This document shows positions 18,472 to 27,247 of a DNA stretch of 64,000 nt, in pieces. Within the stretch, counting starts at the first letter, position 1; each line of letters starts with the position of its first letter. Source of the DNA: a virus. The position numbers and the translations under genes were made by a program. Location of the stretch: the IMG/VR virus record IMGVR_UViG_3300046543_000082, positions 16,257 to 80,256 of that record. The stretch is one strand, 5' to 3'. The notes under the pieces were generated by a model. That model searched no databases. It was not told the origin of the DNA and saw only the letters and a program-made list of their open reading frames with translations.

Positions 18472-19077
18472 TCATGCTGCCTCCTCGAAATCGCGCAAAG
18501 ACATGGACTGCTGGTACACGCGGCTTTCGTAGCGCCCTTTGATTGGTTTTGGCGGTTCCGCATCCAGAATCTGCGCCATCGCGACGGCAAAAACGTTGCT
18601 AACCAATTTCCCTTCCTTCATCCGTTGCTTGATCCAGCGGCGACGGTTGTATTCCTTACTCGTCTTGGCTGCGGGGCGCACGGCATCAGGTTTGTTGCCC
18701 CATGCGTAGACAGCCAAATAGGGGCCCGCCGTCCGGGTTCGGATCCATTCCGCGACGTGAATCTCTGCACGGTTACGCGATGCCTTCAGGAGTTCGCCTG
18801 CATGCTTGACATGGCATGAGTACTTGGCTACCACGTCGAGAGACGACATGGACGCGCCGGATTTCATCTCGCGATGCACGAGCGAAAGGATCGTCGAACG
18901 AGCATGCTCGTCTATCTTTCTGTTTCCAGAGATGCCGAGCGCCTGGGCGTGAAGCACAATCGCCCGCTCACCGCGATTCGGCAGGCGATGAAATCCTTCC
19001 TTGACCGGGCGCGAGCTCGCCCAAATTTCACGAAGGATCGCGTTTTCTTCTTCGCTCCAAAGCTTATGCTTGCTCAT
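18472..19077 (-). CDS. Putative DNA-binding protein (Myb/SANT-like start + winged HTH)
   Basis: WSEEE..IL...LPNR...AI; IHVAEW..; related to 58621-59121. Confidence 0.5.
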   Translation of the reverse strand: MSKHKLWSEEENAILREIWASSRPVKEGFHRLPNRGERAIVLHAQALGISGNRKIDEHARSTILSLVHREMKSGASMSSLDVVAKYSCHVKHAGELLKASRNRAEIHVAEWIRTRTAGPYLAVYAWGNKPDAVRPAAKTSKEYNRRRWIKQRMKEGKLVSNVFAVAMAQILDAEPPKPIKGRYESRVYQQSMSLRDFEEAA

Positions 19078-19586
19078 GCTGCGCTCCTGAATTCGTACCG
19101 TGCCGTTTTCTTCATCGGCGCCACGCCGACCACCTGGCCATCCCGCATCCGCTTCTCGATCTGATCCGACGCCCAAACGTATTTTCGCTTGCTCACCGTC
19201 TCCACCAGTTCCTCGAAGACGTGAATCCCGCCATTGACGGCCGTCAGCTCGTCGCCGGTACTTACCCTGCGACCCATCGCGAAGAACCGCTCCTGCACCG
19301 AAATAAGCGCGTTGCTGGCGTCATATACGGCTTGCAGACCGATGTGCTTATTTTTGGCTTGCTCGCACAACACGAGGCACACGTTGCAGGCGGTCACGAG
19401 CGCGCCCCAGTCGTCTTGTGTCGCTTCGCCCTTGGAGAGCGCCAGCGCGGCCATGTGCGTCGTCAGCAGTACTTTGTCCTTCAGTTCGCCCTTCAGCGGT
19501 TCGTCGCCTTCGAATAGCGTCGTGACCGTATCCTTAACTCCGGTTTTCGGCACATACTTACGTCTCGGTTTCCGATTTCCTGCCAT
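19074..19586 (-). CDS. Hypothetical phage protein
   Basis: 170 aa, KPRRKYVPK N-terminus; strong SD. Confidence 0.55.
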   Translation of the reverse strand: MAGNRKPRRKYVPKTGVKDTVTTLFEGDEPLKGELKDKVLLTTHMAALALSKGEATQDDWGALVTACNVCLVLCEQAKNKHIGLQAVYDASNALISVQERFFAMGRRVSTGDELTAVNGGIHVFEELVETVSKRKYVWASDQIEKRMRDGQVVGVAPMKKTARYEFRSAA

Positions 19587-19601
19587 TTCTCCCTCCCCCG
19601 T

Positions 19602-19830
19602 TTAGTCTTCAAGCCCTGCCAGATAATCGATTGAGCATTCCAACACTTGAGCCATTTCCACCACGATCAAGAATTTCGGCATCGTGCCGCGGTTCTCGAC
19701 TGCAGTGATCGTGGAAACGTGAACTCCAACCTGAGCCGCGAAAATCGCGCAACGCGAACCCGCGTCGGACCCTTTCGGCTTTGAGCCGCTTTCCAAACTC
19801 GCCGAATCCAGGCTTGCGTGCGAATGCCAT
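19602..19830 (-). pseudogene. XRE HTH regulator with +1 frameshift (or sequencing error)
   Basis: 229 bp versus 228-bp intact homologue at 59134-59361; extra T in GATTTTCGCG near 19741-19744. Confidence 0.7.
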
Positions 19831-19839
19831 GACTGATCC

Positions 19840-20166
19840 TTATGACATGTCCGTAATGCGATGAATCCAGTTCTTAGTCTTGGGGCACCATTTCCAGCCT
19901 ATGACCCAAACTCCCCATCCGATCTTTCGAACCAGCGGCAGATTCGGTGATTCCGTGATCTTCGCTACCCGCGCTGCTACGTTCGTCCAACTCGTCGCCT
20001 GAACCGCCAACACTTCGCCATCTTTGAAACAGAGCTGGTCTATAAACCCGAGCAAGTCTTTTCGAATGTTGGCGCCCGGAATCCATCTCTCAGTCGTTTC
20101 GACCAGCCAGCCTTGCTCCTTCAGCAGTTCGGCAGTTAAAGCGGAAGGACTACGTTTCATCCTCAT
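19840..20166 (-). CDS. PD-(D/E)xK-type nuclease (resolvase-like)
   Basis: L...GW.VE..E...DLLGFID...LAVQ; homologue at 59372-59704. Confidence 0.55.
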   Translation of the reverse strand: MRMKRSPSALTAELLKEQGWLVETTERWIPGANIRKDLLGFIDQLCFKDGEVLAVQATSWTNVAARVAKITESPNLPLVRKIGWGVWVIGWKWCPKTKNWIHRITDMS

Positions 20167-20295
20167 CCTCCGGGTCGGGCTGCTCCTCCCATTTCTCGAA
20201 GGCCCGTCGATCTCGCTCGCGCTGATTTTCCAATGGCTTACCAGCTTCGAAGGCGCCCAATATTTCGGCCATGTAGTCCTGGACGGGAATCAAAC

Positions 20296-22074
20296 TCATG
20301 CGGCCTCCGCTTTTGAGAAATGAAAAGCCGGACGCGGGTGCCAATCTGCACTCTGCGTGAACGTCAGCGAATCCTTATGGAACCAGAGCTTTAGCGCGCC
20401 TTCATAACCCGTCGCGCGCTGTTTATGGCAGTACAGGCGCGCATCTTCGGTATCTGGGCTAGGCTCACGCTCGATTTCCTTCTTCTTGTTCCGCCACACC
20501 GTGAAGACGTTATCGGCAAGGTCGGAAATTGCCCCGGTCCCCTTGATGTCGAGCTTGCCGGGTGCCTTCTCTTCCGATTCGCCTTTCCGTGCGTGTGCGA
20601 TCAGGTGGACGTGCACGTTGAAATCGTTCTTGAAGTCGCACAGAGCGTCGACGAACTGTTTCTGTCCCTTGTAATCGTCTTCTGCGATGCCGCATTTCAT
20701 CAACGAGTCGACAACGAAATGCGTAACGCGGTAACGCTTGGCGGCATAACGGAACGCCTCCATAAGCTTCTCTTGGCTGACGCTCCCCACATGGTCATAA
20801 AGCCACAGCGAGCCCGTCATCCACTCCGTAGCAGCCTTGACGAACGGAATCGGAGCTTTAAGCGTGGCGCAAGCCTGCGCGGTCAGTCTAAAGAGCAGCA
20901 TCTTCGGCTTGATTTCGCCCGAGAAAATGCAAATCCGCTCGCCGTTATTCATCAGGTTCACGAGAACGTTCCCTAGCAGGTCGCTCTTTCCGTGCCCGTT
21001 TATCCCGGTCCAGATCGACAATTCAGCCGGGCGCAGACGCACCCGATCCTGCCAAGTCGGCCACGGCATCGGCGAGCCAGTCATTCCGAGCGGCTGGCCG
21101 CTGAACATCTCTATCACGTCATCCAGGTACGCTTCGGGCGTCTTCAGGTCGGACGGCTCGATTCGCTTTGCCGCTGCAATCGCTTGGATGATCTCGTCAC
21201 GGTCGACGCCGGCCTGTAATGCCTCGTTTGCATCCTTCAGGCGGAAATCGACGATTCGGCAGCGCTCAATACCGAGGCGCGCGGCAACCTCACGCACACC
21301 CTTCTGCCCTGCCTCGTCGGCATCGAACCACAAGAAAATCTCTTGGAAGCGTTCCAGACGCTCGAAGTCCTGGTCGATCCACTGGTGATTGCCAGCGCCC
21401 TGATTAATCGACAGCGCGTCGAATCCCCACTGGTACAGGCTCATCGCATCGATCTCGCCTTCGACGATCAGAACCGCCTTCACGTCGTCCGTGATCAGGT
21501 CCCAACCGAACAAGCACGGCTCTGCGTTCGCAGCCTGCCACGTCTTTTTCTTGCCGTTCTCGTCACGCTTCAGCGCGAGGTGCTTGACGTTCACTAGTTC
21601 GTCGTCACGCAGGAACGGGAACACAATCGCGTCGTCTTCCTTCGAAGCGCCAACCTTGAACGCCTGGATCGTCTCCAGCGTCAGCTTTCGATCTTCGGTC
21701 AGGTAGGAAAGCACCCGACCTACGGGTTTCGTGACGGGCGGCTTAGACGGCTTCGCATAGACGCGCTTCGGGCCGGCAAAAGCCGGTTCGGAGATGCCGA
21801 GGTAGTTGCGGCACGCTTCGAACGCGTCACGCTTCGTAGACCCGTTCACCGCTGCCCAAAGGTCGATCAGATCGCCACCTTCACCAGTCGCGAAATCCTT
21901 CCAGACGCCAGCCTTGTTCCCGTTGATTCGTACCTTGAGCGAATCTCCTGCTTCGCCCTGCACGCTGCCAACGCACCACTCTGCCCCTGCGCGCTTTCCG
22001 TTCGGAAGCAACATGCCGGCAATAGCTTCAGCCTCTTGTGCGAGTCGATACGATGTTTCTGTCCAGTTGCTCAT
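20296..22074 (-). CDS. T7 gp4/Twinkle-like primase-helicase
   Basis: TOPRIM IVEGEIDAMSL and WFDADEAG; SF4 helicase TGINGHGKS, VVDSLM, HLIAH, KGTGAISD. Confidence 0.88.
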   Translation of the reverse strand: MSNWTETSYRLAQEAEAIAGMLLPNGKRAGAEWCVGSVQGEAGDSLKVRINGNKAGVWKDFATGEGGDLIDLWAAVNGSTKRDAFEACRNYLGISEPAFAGPKRVYAKPSKPPVTKPVGRVLSYLTEDRKLTLETIQAFKVGASKEDDAIVFPFLRDDELVNVKHLALKRDENGKKKTWQAANAEPCLFGWDLITDDVKAVLIVEGEIDAMSLYQWGFDALSINQGAGNHQWIDQDFERLERFQEIFLWFDADEAGQKGVREVAARLGIERCRIVDFRLKDANEALQAGVDRDEIIQAIAAAKRIEPSDLKTPEAYLDDVIEMFSGQPLGMTGSPMPWPTWQDRVRLRPAELSIWTGINGHGKSDLLGNVLVNLMNNGERICIFSGEIKPKMLLFRLTAQACATLKAPIPFVKAATEWMTGSLWLYDHVGSVSQEKLMEAFRYAAKRYRVTHFVVDSLMKCGIAEDDYKGQKQFVDALCDFKNDFNVHVHLIAHARKGESEEKAPGKLDIKGTGAISDLADNVFTVWRNKKKEIEREPSPDTEDARLYCHKQRATGYEGALKLWFHKDSLTFTQSADWHPRPAFHFSKAEAA

Positions 22075-22076
22075 GA

Positions 22077-22793
22077 TCAGTTGTCGAACCGAATTCCGTT
22101 TTCGTCACGATCGCGTGCATATTCGCGATGCCCGTTCATCTGCCCTGCGTACTGCGCGAACTTTCTTGCTCCGAACAGCGTTTCCGGTCTCAGGAATTCG
22201 GCCATCTTCGGATCGTTCCCCCAGGCCCTTACCTTTCCGTCGATTACTGCCTTGATCTCGTCGACCGTGGCGCCTTCCCTGATTCGTGCCATCACAAGCT
22301 CTGTGTTCGCCTTCACATTCCTGAAAGATCGCCCTGACTTCTCATTCAGGTAATCGATGATTTCGGATGCAGGGTCCGGCTTGCCGGGCAATGTCTTTTC
22401 TGTCTCTGTCTCTGTCTCTGTCTCTGTCTCTTGTGCGGAAGCGCTACGCTTTGCTAGCGGCTTGCTAGCATCAGCTTGAGACTTGCTTGCATCAGACGCA
22501 AAGTCTTGATCCGTAAGCACTTCTAAAAAGCCGACTTCAATAAGAGGACCGAAATCAGGAGGGCCGCTCAGATATGCAACTCGCTGGATATAGCGAGGGT
22601 TATCCGGAATCTGATTGTCCGTAGCAGCTGCTAGCAACATGCAAGCAATTGCTAGCACCCTGCTAGCATCGTCTACAGAAACCCACGTTTCGCTAGCAAG
22701 AAGGTCGCGATGGAGTTTGATCCAAGGAGGATTTCTGTCCTTGTAGTGCTGGAAGCGCTCCCAGTTCTTGATGCGGTAGTACGTACCCATCAT
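22077..22793 (-). CDS. Replication initiator with conserved phage C-terminal domain
   Basis: IKNWERFQHYKDR.PPWIKL; ETETETETE linker; IIDYLNEK.GR.F...FLRPETLF..KF..Y. Confidence 0.75.
   Translation of the reverse strand: MMGTYYRIKNWERFQHYKDRNPPWIKLHRDLLASETWVSVDDASRVLAIACMLLAAATDNQIPDNPRYIQRVAYLSGPPDFGPLIEVGFLEVLTDQDFASDASKSQADASKPLAKRSASAQETETETETETEKTLPGKPDPASEIIDYLNEKSGRSFRNVKANTELVMARIREGATVDEIKAVIDGKVRAWGNDPKMAEFLRPETLFGARKFAQYAGQMNGHREYARDRDENGIRFDN
22399..22700. repeat. Candidate origin: (TCTCTG)n tract and clustered GCTAGC(A) palindromes within the initiator gene
   Basis: About five hexamer copies at 22399-22430; TGCTAGC/GCTAGCA near 22452, 22463, 22629, 22650, 22662, 22691. Confidence 0.45.
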
Positions 22794-22946
22794 TCCCCCT
22801 TCAGGTCAAACAGACTGAATGCCTTTACGACCGTGGTTGAGGAAATCCACCCCAGGCAGTACGCGCGCATCACGACTCGCTTCAAAACACTTTTCATGGC
22901 TACCCCAAGCTTTTTCTATGTGACGATCCGACTTTAGAGGGGTCCT

Positions 22947-23210
22947 TCAATCGCCCTCTTCAGGACCCATTCCAGCGACCATGAACATGCGGGTTTTATA
23001 TAACCTAGCTACATGTTCACGCCCATACACCCGAATCATCATCAATTCACGAATGAACTCGGAGGTTCCCATGCCTGCTTCGTAAGCCAGTCGGTCAAGT
23101 TCGTCTTTGGTCTCTTCGTCGACCCGAACCTTGACTTCAGCCGTCAATTTCCCGAGCGTGGTGGTGCGCCGTCCTAGTGCCATGCCTTCCCCTATTTGGT
23201 TGTCGTCCAT
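22947..23210 (-). CDS. CII-position ribbon-helix-helix regulator
   Basis: EVKVRVDEETKDELDRLA...SEFIRE; follows cro. Confidence 0.6.
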   Translation of the reverse strand: MDDNQIGEGMALGRRTTTLGKLTAEVKVRVDEETKDELDRLAYEAGMGTSEFIRELMMIRVYGREHVARLYKTRMFMVAGMGPEEGD

Positions 23211-23285
23211 GTGACCTCGTAGTACTAAGGGCCGCTGTACGGCTCTGGCTATTGCTGTTGCGTGTGGGTGCTACGAGGCTGCGGG

Positions 23286-23486
23286 TTATGCCGCTGCTTG
23301 TTCTGTTGCGTGTTCTTCCAGGTCGGCGAAAAGCTCGGGCCTGACGAGTCGGAGCCATTGCAGACGCAGTTTCGGGATGCCCTTCTTGCGCCATCCGGAG
23401 ATCGACGCGGGTTCGATCTCGAAGTAATTAGCGGCCGCAGTCGTGCCGCCCATGCGGTCAATCACGGTGTTGGCTAAGGAAATCAT
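23286..23486 (-). CDS. cro: Cro-like regulator (phage A)
   Basis: VID.MGGT.AAA..FEI...SISGWRK.GIP; divergent from cI. Confidence 0.8.
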   Translation of the reverse strand: MISLANTVIDRMGGTTAAANYFEIEPASISGWRKKGIPKLRLQWLRLVRPELFADLEEHATEQAAA

Positions 23487-23517
23487 GGGGTGCCTCGCTG
23501 TTTAACTAGCCCCTATG

Positions 23518-23625
23518 TTAGCCAAACCTAATCCAGAAAGCAAGTCATACCTAACTATAAAGTTGCCCACGCCTAATTATTCGGACGCGAGCATACCTAA
23601 GATGCCACCTGATAGGCTTGCCTAA
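23518..23625. promoter_or_regulatory. Phage A OR-type operators, consensus TTAGG-N4-CCTAA
   Basis: Five 14-bp sites ending in CCTAA at 23518, 23541, 23563, 23587, 23612 (22-25 bp spacing). Confidence 0.7.
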
Positions 23626-24092
23626 TGAACTGGAACCGAAGAATTACTGAAGCCAGAGAAGCCCGCTCGATGTCCAAGGCGGAGTTGGCGCGCGCCTGTA
23701 ATGTGTCGGCGCCGACCGTGACCGACTGGGAAAGCGGGAAAATAAAAAACCTCGACGCGGCCAATATGCTGACGATCTGCGAGGTTTTGGGAGTCGAACC
23801 CCGGTGGCTAGTGTGGGGATTTGAGAGCGGCAAATCGCCGAACAGAGGGGACTTCGTGCCTATTACCGGCGAAGCAAAAAAGCTAATTCAGTGCGTCATG
23901 CGTCTGGACAAGGGGGGGCCAAAAGTACGACAAACGTTTGCTTACACTCTCGGCATCCTTGAAATTGTCGAAAGATTGGGATTGGTACATGATGCCGATG
24001 TGGTGGCCGAGCTTGCAGAACAGGAGCAGCTCTTGGCACTCCACGCCGAGCCATCTAGGGTTTTAAAACATGCCCCCCGCAAGCACAAATGA
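23625..24092 (+). CDS. cI: CI-like repressor (phage A): XRE HTH, no S24 peptidase domain
   Basis: SKAELARACNVSAPTVTDWESG...WLVWG; short helical C-terminus shared with cI-B. Confidence 0.8.
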   Translation: MNWNRRITEAREARSMSKAELARACNVSAPTVTDWESGKIKNLDAANMLTICEVLGVEPRWLVWGFESGKSPNRGDFVPITGEAKKLIQCVMRLDKGGPKVRQTFAYTLGILEIVERLGLVHDADVVAELAEQEQLLALHAEPSRVLKHAPRKHK

Positions 24093-24141
24093 AAAAACCA
24101 TCGTCAGCATGGACCTTTACCGGCAGCGTCGAACTGTCGAA
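23882..24141 (+). repeat. Direct repeat copy 1 (cI 3' half + small ORF start)
   Basis: Matches 63741-64000 with five synonymous mismatches by eye; may extend beyond the window. Confidence 0.92.
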
Positions 24142-24243
24142 TCCAAGCAGAAGGAGTCAACCGATCCGGCCGAAGAAGCGTTAAACGAAATCGCCCGATA
24201 CCTTCTGATGGCCGTTCGCGTCATCACGGCTAGGCGTCACTGA
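24070..24243 (+). CDS. 57-aa protein co-transcribed with cI
   Basis: MPPASTNEKTIVSMDLYRQRR...ARRH; overlaps cI end, followed by terminator; repeated at 63929. Confidence 0.6.
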   Translation: MPPASTNEKTIVSMDLYRQRRTVESKQKESTDPAEEALNEIARYLLMAVRVITARRH

Positions 24244-24250
24244 ATTCCCC

Positions 24251-24274
24251 TCCCGCTTCGGCGGGATTTTTTTT
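24251..24274 (+). terminator. Intrinsic terminator of cI transcript
   Basis: TCCCGC-TTCG-GCGGGA + T8. Confidence 0.85.
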
Positions 24275-24283
24275 GTCTTTTCG

Positions 24284-24323
24284 GTATAGAACGCTTGACT
24301 CTACCGGTGTAGCGTCCTACACT
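24284..24323 (+). promoter_or_regulatory. pL-like early promoter with two phage-B-type operators
   Basis: TTGACT-17-TACACT overlapped by GTATAG-AACG-CTTGAC and GTGTAG-CGTC-CTACAC, 23 bp apart. Confidence 0.75.
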
Positions 24324-24749
24324 ACATCCATGCACTGAAGAACAAGCAGCGCATCGGATAGCCCGGCAACGTGAGTTGGGAATGTCTAGCCCGAACTGCA
24401 ATCGGGCCGACCGGATGACCTGGCGAAATCGGAGCCAGCGACGCGACAGAGCCGATGAAGTTTTATCAAGGCGTCTTGCTAAGGGCGCCGTGACAAAACC
24501 ACAAAGGGGATAGATATGACGATCAAATTCCGCACGTTTAACGTTGTTCGTGGCACACACAACCTTCGCGTGAAGGTCTGGCTTAAACAACTGCGCTCGG
24601 AGGCTATGTGAGCGACCTCGCACTTGACTTAATCGAACTGAAGCGCCTCGCTGCTGGCGGCATGGGCGCTTTGACCGAAAAACTGTTGCACGAAGTAGCG
24701 GCTCGGATCATCGCTTCGGGGCTGCGTGACTTTCGGGAGGGATGCTGAC

Positions 24750-25088
24750 ATGGAAGCGAAAGAAAGGCTTACCGCACGCATGGAACGCGTCTACACCGCA
24801 GACGGCAAACACATCGTCACTGTATGGGCCGAGTCCGTCGACTGCAAGGCGCAGACGGGCGAATCTTATCTCGGCATGCGCGATCGCACGGAACCGATGC
24901 GGATTTCGGCTCAGCAGCAGACGTTTGACCGTGCTCGTCTGTTCGCCGCCGCTCCTGACCTTCTCGAAGCGCTGATCTTGCTTGAAGCGGAAATGGTTCT
25001 TTCCGGCAATGCCGGGGCGACTGATTACGGATGGAAGCCTGCGATCGAAAAGACGCGCGCCGCTATCGCCAAAGCCACCGGAGACTGA
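24750..25088 (+). CDS. Hypothetical early protein (RLFAAAPDLLEAL family)
   Basis: GGAGG SD; common phage motif A.L.AAAPDLLEAL...AAIAKATG. Confidence 0.6.
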   Translation: MEAKERLTARMERVYTADGKHIVTVWAESVDCKAQTGESYLGMRDRTEPMRISAQQQTFDRARLFAAAPDLLEALILLEAEMVLSGNAGATDYGWKPAIEKTRAAIAKATGD

Positions 25089-25419
25089 CATGGAACTCGC
25101 AATCATATTCGCGGTACTCGGGTTTGGTGATTGGTTTCTTTTCGGGTGGACGCGATGAGATACGGATGCACTGTGATCAACGCGACCCGGCTCGGCGAGT
25201 TTCTCTACGACAAAGAGCTTGCCGAGTACGACGACGAAGGATACGACGGTTGGATCGACGACGGCGATAGAAGCGACGAGCAATTCGACCGGATGGACAG
25301 ACAAAACGAACTGAGGTGAGCGATGAAACATCCGTTATTGGCTTGGGTGGCTGCGGTTAGTGTCGGTCTTCTCTCGGGAAGCGTGATTGTGATGTCGGCG
25401 ACGGGCTTGGGGTTCTGAG

Positions 25420-25626
25420 ATGAAGACATACCACTACGCCGACAAGCGGCCAAGCATCTACCCGCAATTCATGATGGATGATTTCGGCGACGAGATCATG
25501 ACGGTTCATGAAGTGACGCCGGACATCGATAGCTTCCAGATCAAGATGCATCCGGATACGTATTGGCACATTTTCGACTTGTCCGGAAAAGTGCTTGAGT
25601 GGGCAGACGGCCACGATGAGGAATAG
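25420..25626 (+). CDS. Hypothetical early protein
   Basis: 68 aa within run of small coupled early ORFs. Confidence 0.45.
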   Translation: MKTYHYADKRPSIYPQFMMDDFGDEIMTVHEVTPDIDSFQIKMHPDTYWHIFDLSGKVLEWADGHDEE

Positions 25627-25999
25627 ATCATGTGGATGCTAATTGGCTACTTCGCCATCGGATCGACACTGGCGATTGCGTTTATTCGGGGTGCGCGATG
25701 AAACTTGTAACGGAGCAAGAATTGAATAAATGCGTAACGCTGAGCGATTTGGCGGTCGGCATTGCAGTAGGCGCGATCATGGGCCTCGTGTTCTACGGTG
25801 CGCTTCTCGTCGGGATCGGATGAGATGCTCAAACTCGCGAAGATATGGGCCGCAACCATGCTTCTCGCGCTGCTCTACCTGATGGCAGGCGGCTTGATGG
25901 ATAGCTTGGAGCAGCGTGCAGAACAGTGCCGCACCGTTCATTGCACGTAGGCGCGTAGTACAACTAATGTCGGAATCACGGTCAACTTGGATAACCGTA

Positions 26000-26506
26000 A
26001 TGGACGAAAAATTAACGCATTGGAAGAGATTGGTTAACCCGGATTACATAGGCGCCTACGCGCTTGATCCGGATCAGGACCTGACCGTGACTATCGACTA
26101 TGTGACACGGGAAGCAGTTAAGGGGACTGGGGGGAAGTCGGAAGAGTGCACTGTGGCGCACCTAGTCGGTCAGAAGCCGTTGATTCTCAACGCGACGAAT
26201 TCGAAGTCGATCCATCGCTTGTATGGACCCTACATAGAACAATGGAGCGGAAAGCAGATTACTTTGTTCGCCAGCACCACGCGCATGGGCGGTGAGACTG
26301 TTGAGTGTCTTCGCATCCGCGCCACGGTAGCCAAGCCAGCTAAGAAGCGAATCGATGACGCTCGGTTGAACAAGGCGATTGAATCAATCAAGGGTGGCCA
26401 GTATACGACTGGAAAGCTCCGCGCTCAGTTCGATCTGACACAAGAGCAAGAAACGAAGGTTGACGAAGAGATAAAAGCGCATATGGAGTCCAGCCATGAA
26501 GAATGA
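26000..26506 (+). CDS. Putative ssDNA-binding/recombination protein
   Basis: THWK...NPDYIGAY.L, KPLILNATN...I..LYG..IE.W.GK.ITL; directly upstream of exonuclease. Confidence 0.5.
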   Translation: MDEKLTHWKRLVNPDYIGAYALDPDQDLTVTIDYVTREAVKGTGGKSEECTVAHLVGQKPLILNATNSKSIHRLYGPYIEQWSGKQITLFASTTRMGGETVECLRIRATVAKPAKKRIDDARLNKAIESIKGGQYTTGKLRAQFDLTQEQETKVDEEIKAHMESSHEE

Positions 26507-26542
26507 CAGAACAAGCCGAAAGAAGAAAACTTGGAGGCATGT

Positions 26543-27172
26543 ATGACGTTCCGAATCCGCGCAAGCTCACTTGGGAAAATAATGGCCGAGCCGAAGAACA
26601 AGGGCGAAATACTTTCCGTGGGAGCGAAAACCTACGTTGAGGAACTGGCTAAAGAGTTTGTTTATGGGTTTCAGCGCGTCATCACATCAAAGGAAATGGA
26701 CAAAGGAATCATCGTTGAAAACGCCTCCATTGCGTTGCTCAACGATGTGATGTTCGCCAGCTATGTGAAGAACGCCGAGCGGAAGAACAATGATTGGCTG
26801 ACCGGTGAGTGCGACATCTTCACAGGCTCGAAGATCATCGATATCAAGTCGTCGTGGTCGCTCCAGACATTCCCCGCTACGGTGTTTGCCGGACGTGATA
26901 CGGGCTACGAATGGCAACTTCGTTCGTACATGATGCTATGGGATGTTGATGAGGCAGAGATCGCCTACTGTCTCGTCACGACGCCCGATGAACTGATCCG
27001 GTTCGAACCAACCGAGATTCATTACGTCGATCACATCGATCCGGCTCTGCGCGTTACTCGCGTCCCGTACCAGCGCGACAAGGCGCTCGAAGAGAAGATC
27101 AAGGCGAAAGTCGAAGCGGCTCGTGCGTACTTCGATGAGGTAGTCGAACTGATCGCAATCGAGCACGCGTAA
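26543..27172 (+). CDS. YqaJ/lambda-exonuclease-like protein
   Basis: RASSLG.IM, M.KG...E, TGECD...IIDIKSSW, YEWQL..YM.L. Confidence 0.75.
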   Translation: MTFRIRASSLGKIMAEPKNKGEILSVGAKTYVEELAKEFVYGFQRVITSKEMDKGIIVENASIALLNDVMFASYVKNAERKNNDWLTGECDIFTGSKIIDIKSSWSLQTFPATVFAGRDTGYEWQLRSYMMLWDVDEAEIAYCLVTTPDELIRFEPTEIHYVDHIDPALRVTRVPYQRDKALEEKIKAKVEAARAYFDEVVELIAIEHA

Positions 27173-27247
27173 TGACCGGAAGCGACATCGTGCTTGCTGT
27201 AATCGCTGCGATGTATGTCTTGCATTTTTTAATCGAAAGGATATGAG

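Larger units (their letters stand above)
1..23881. mobile_element. Prophage A arm (ejection/tail, head, terminase, nin, replication, cro, cI 5' half); continues left of window
   Basis: Contiguous minus-strand phage morphogenesis and early-right genes ending at a divergent cro/cI switch. Confidence 0.9.
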
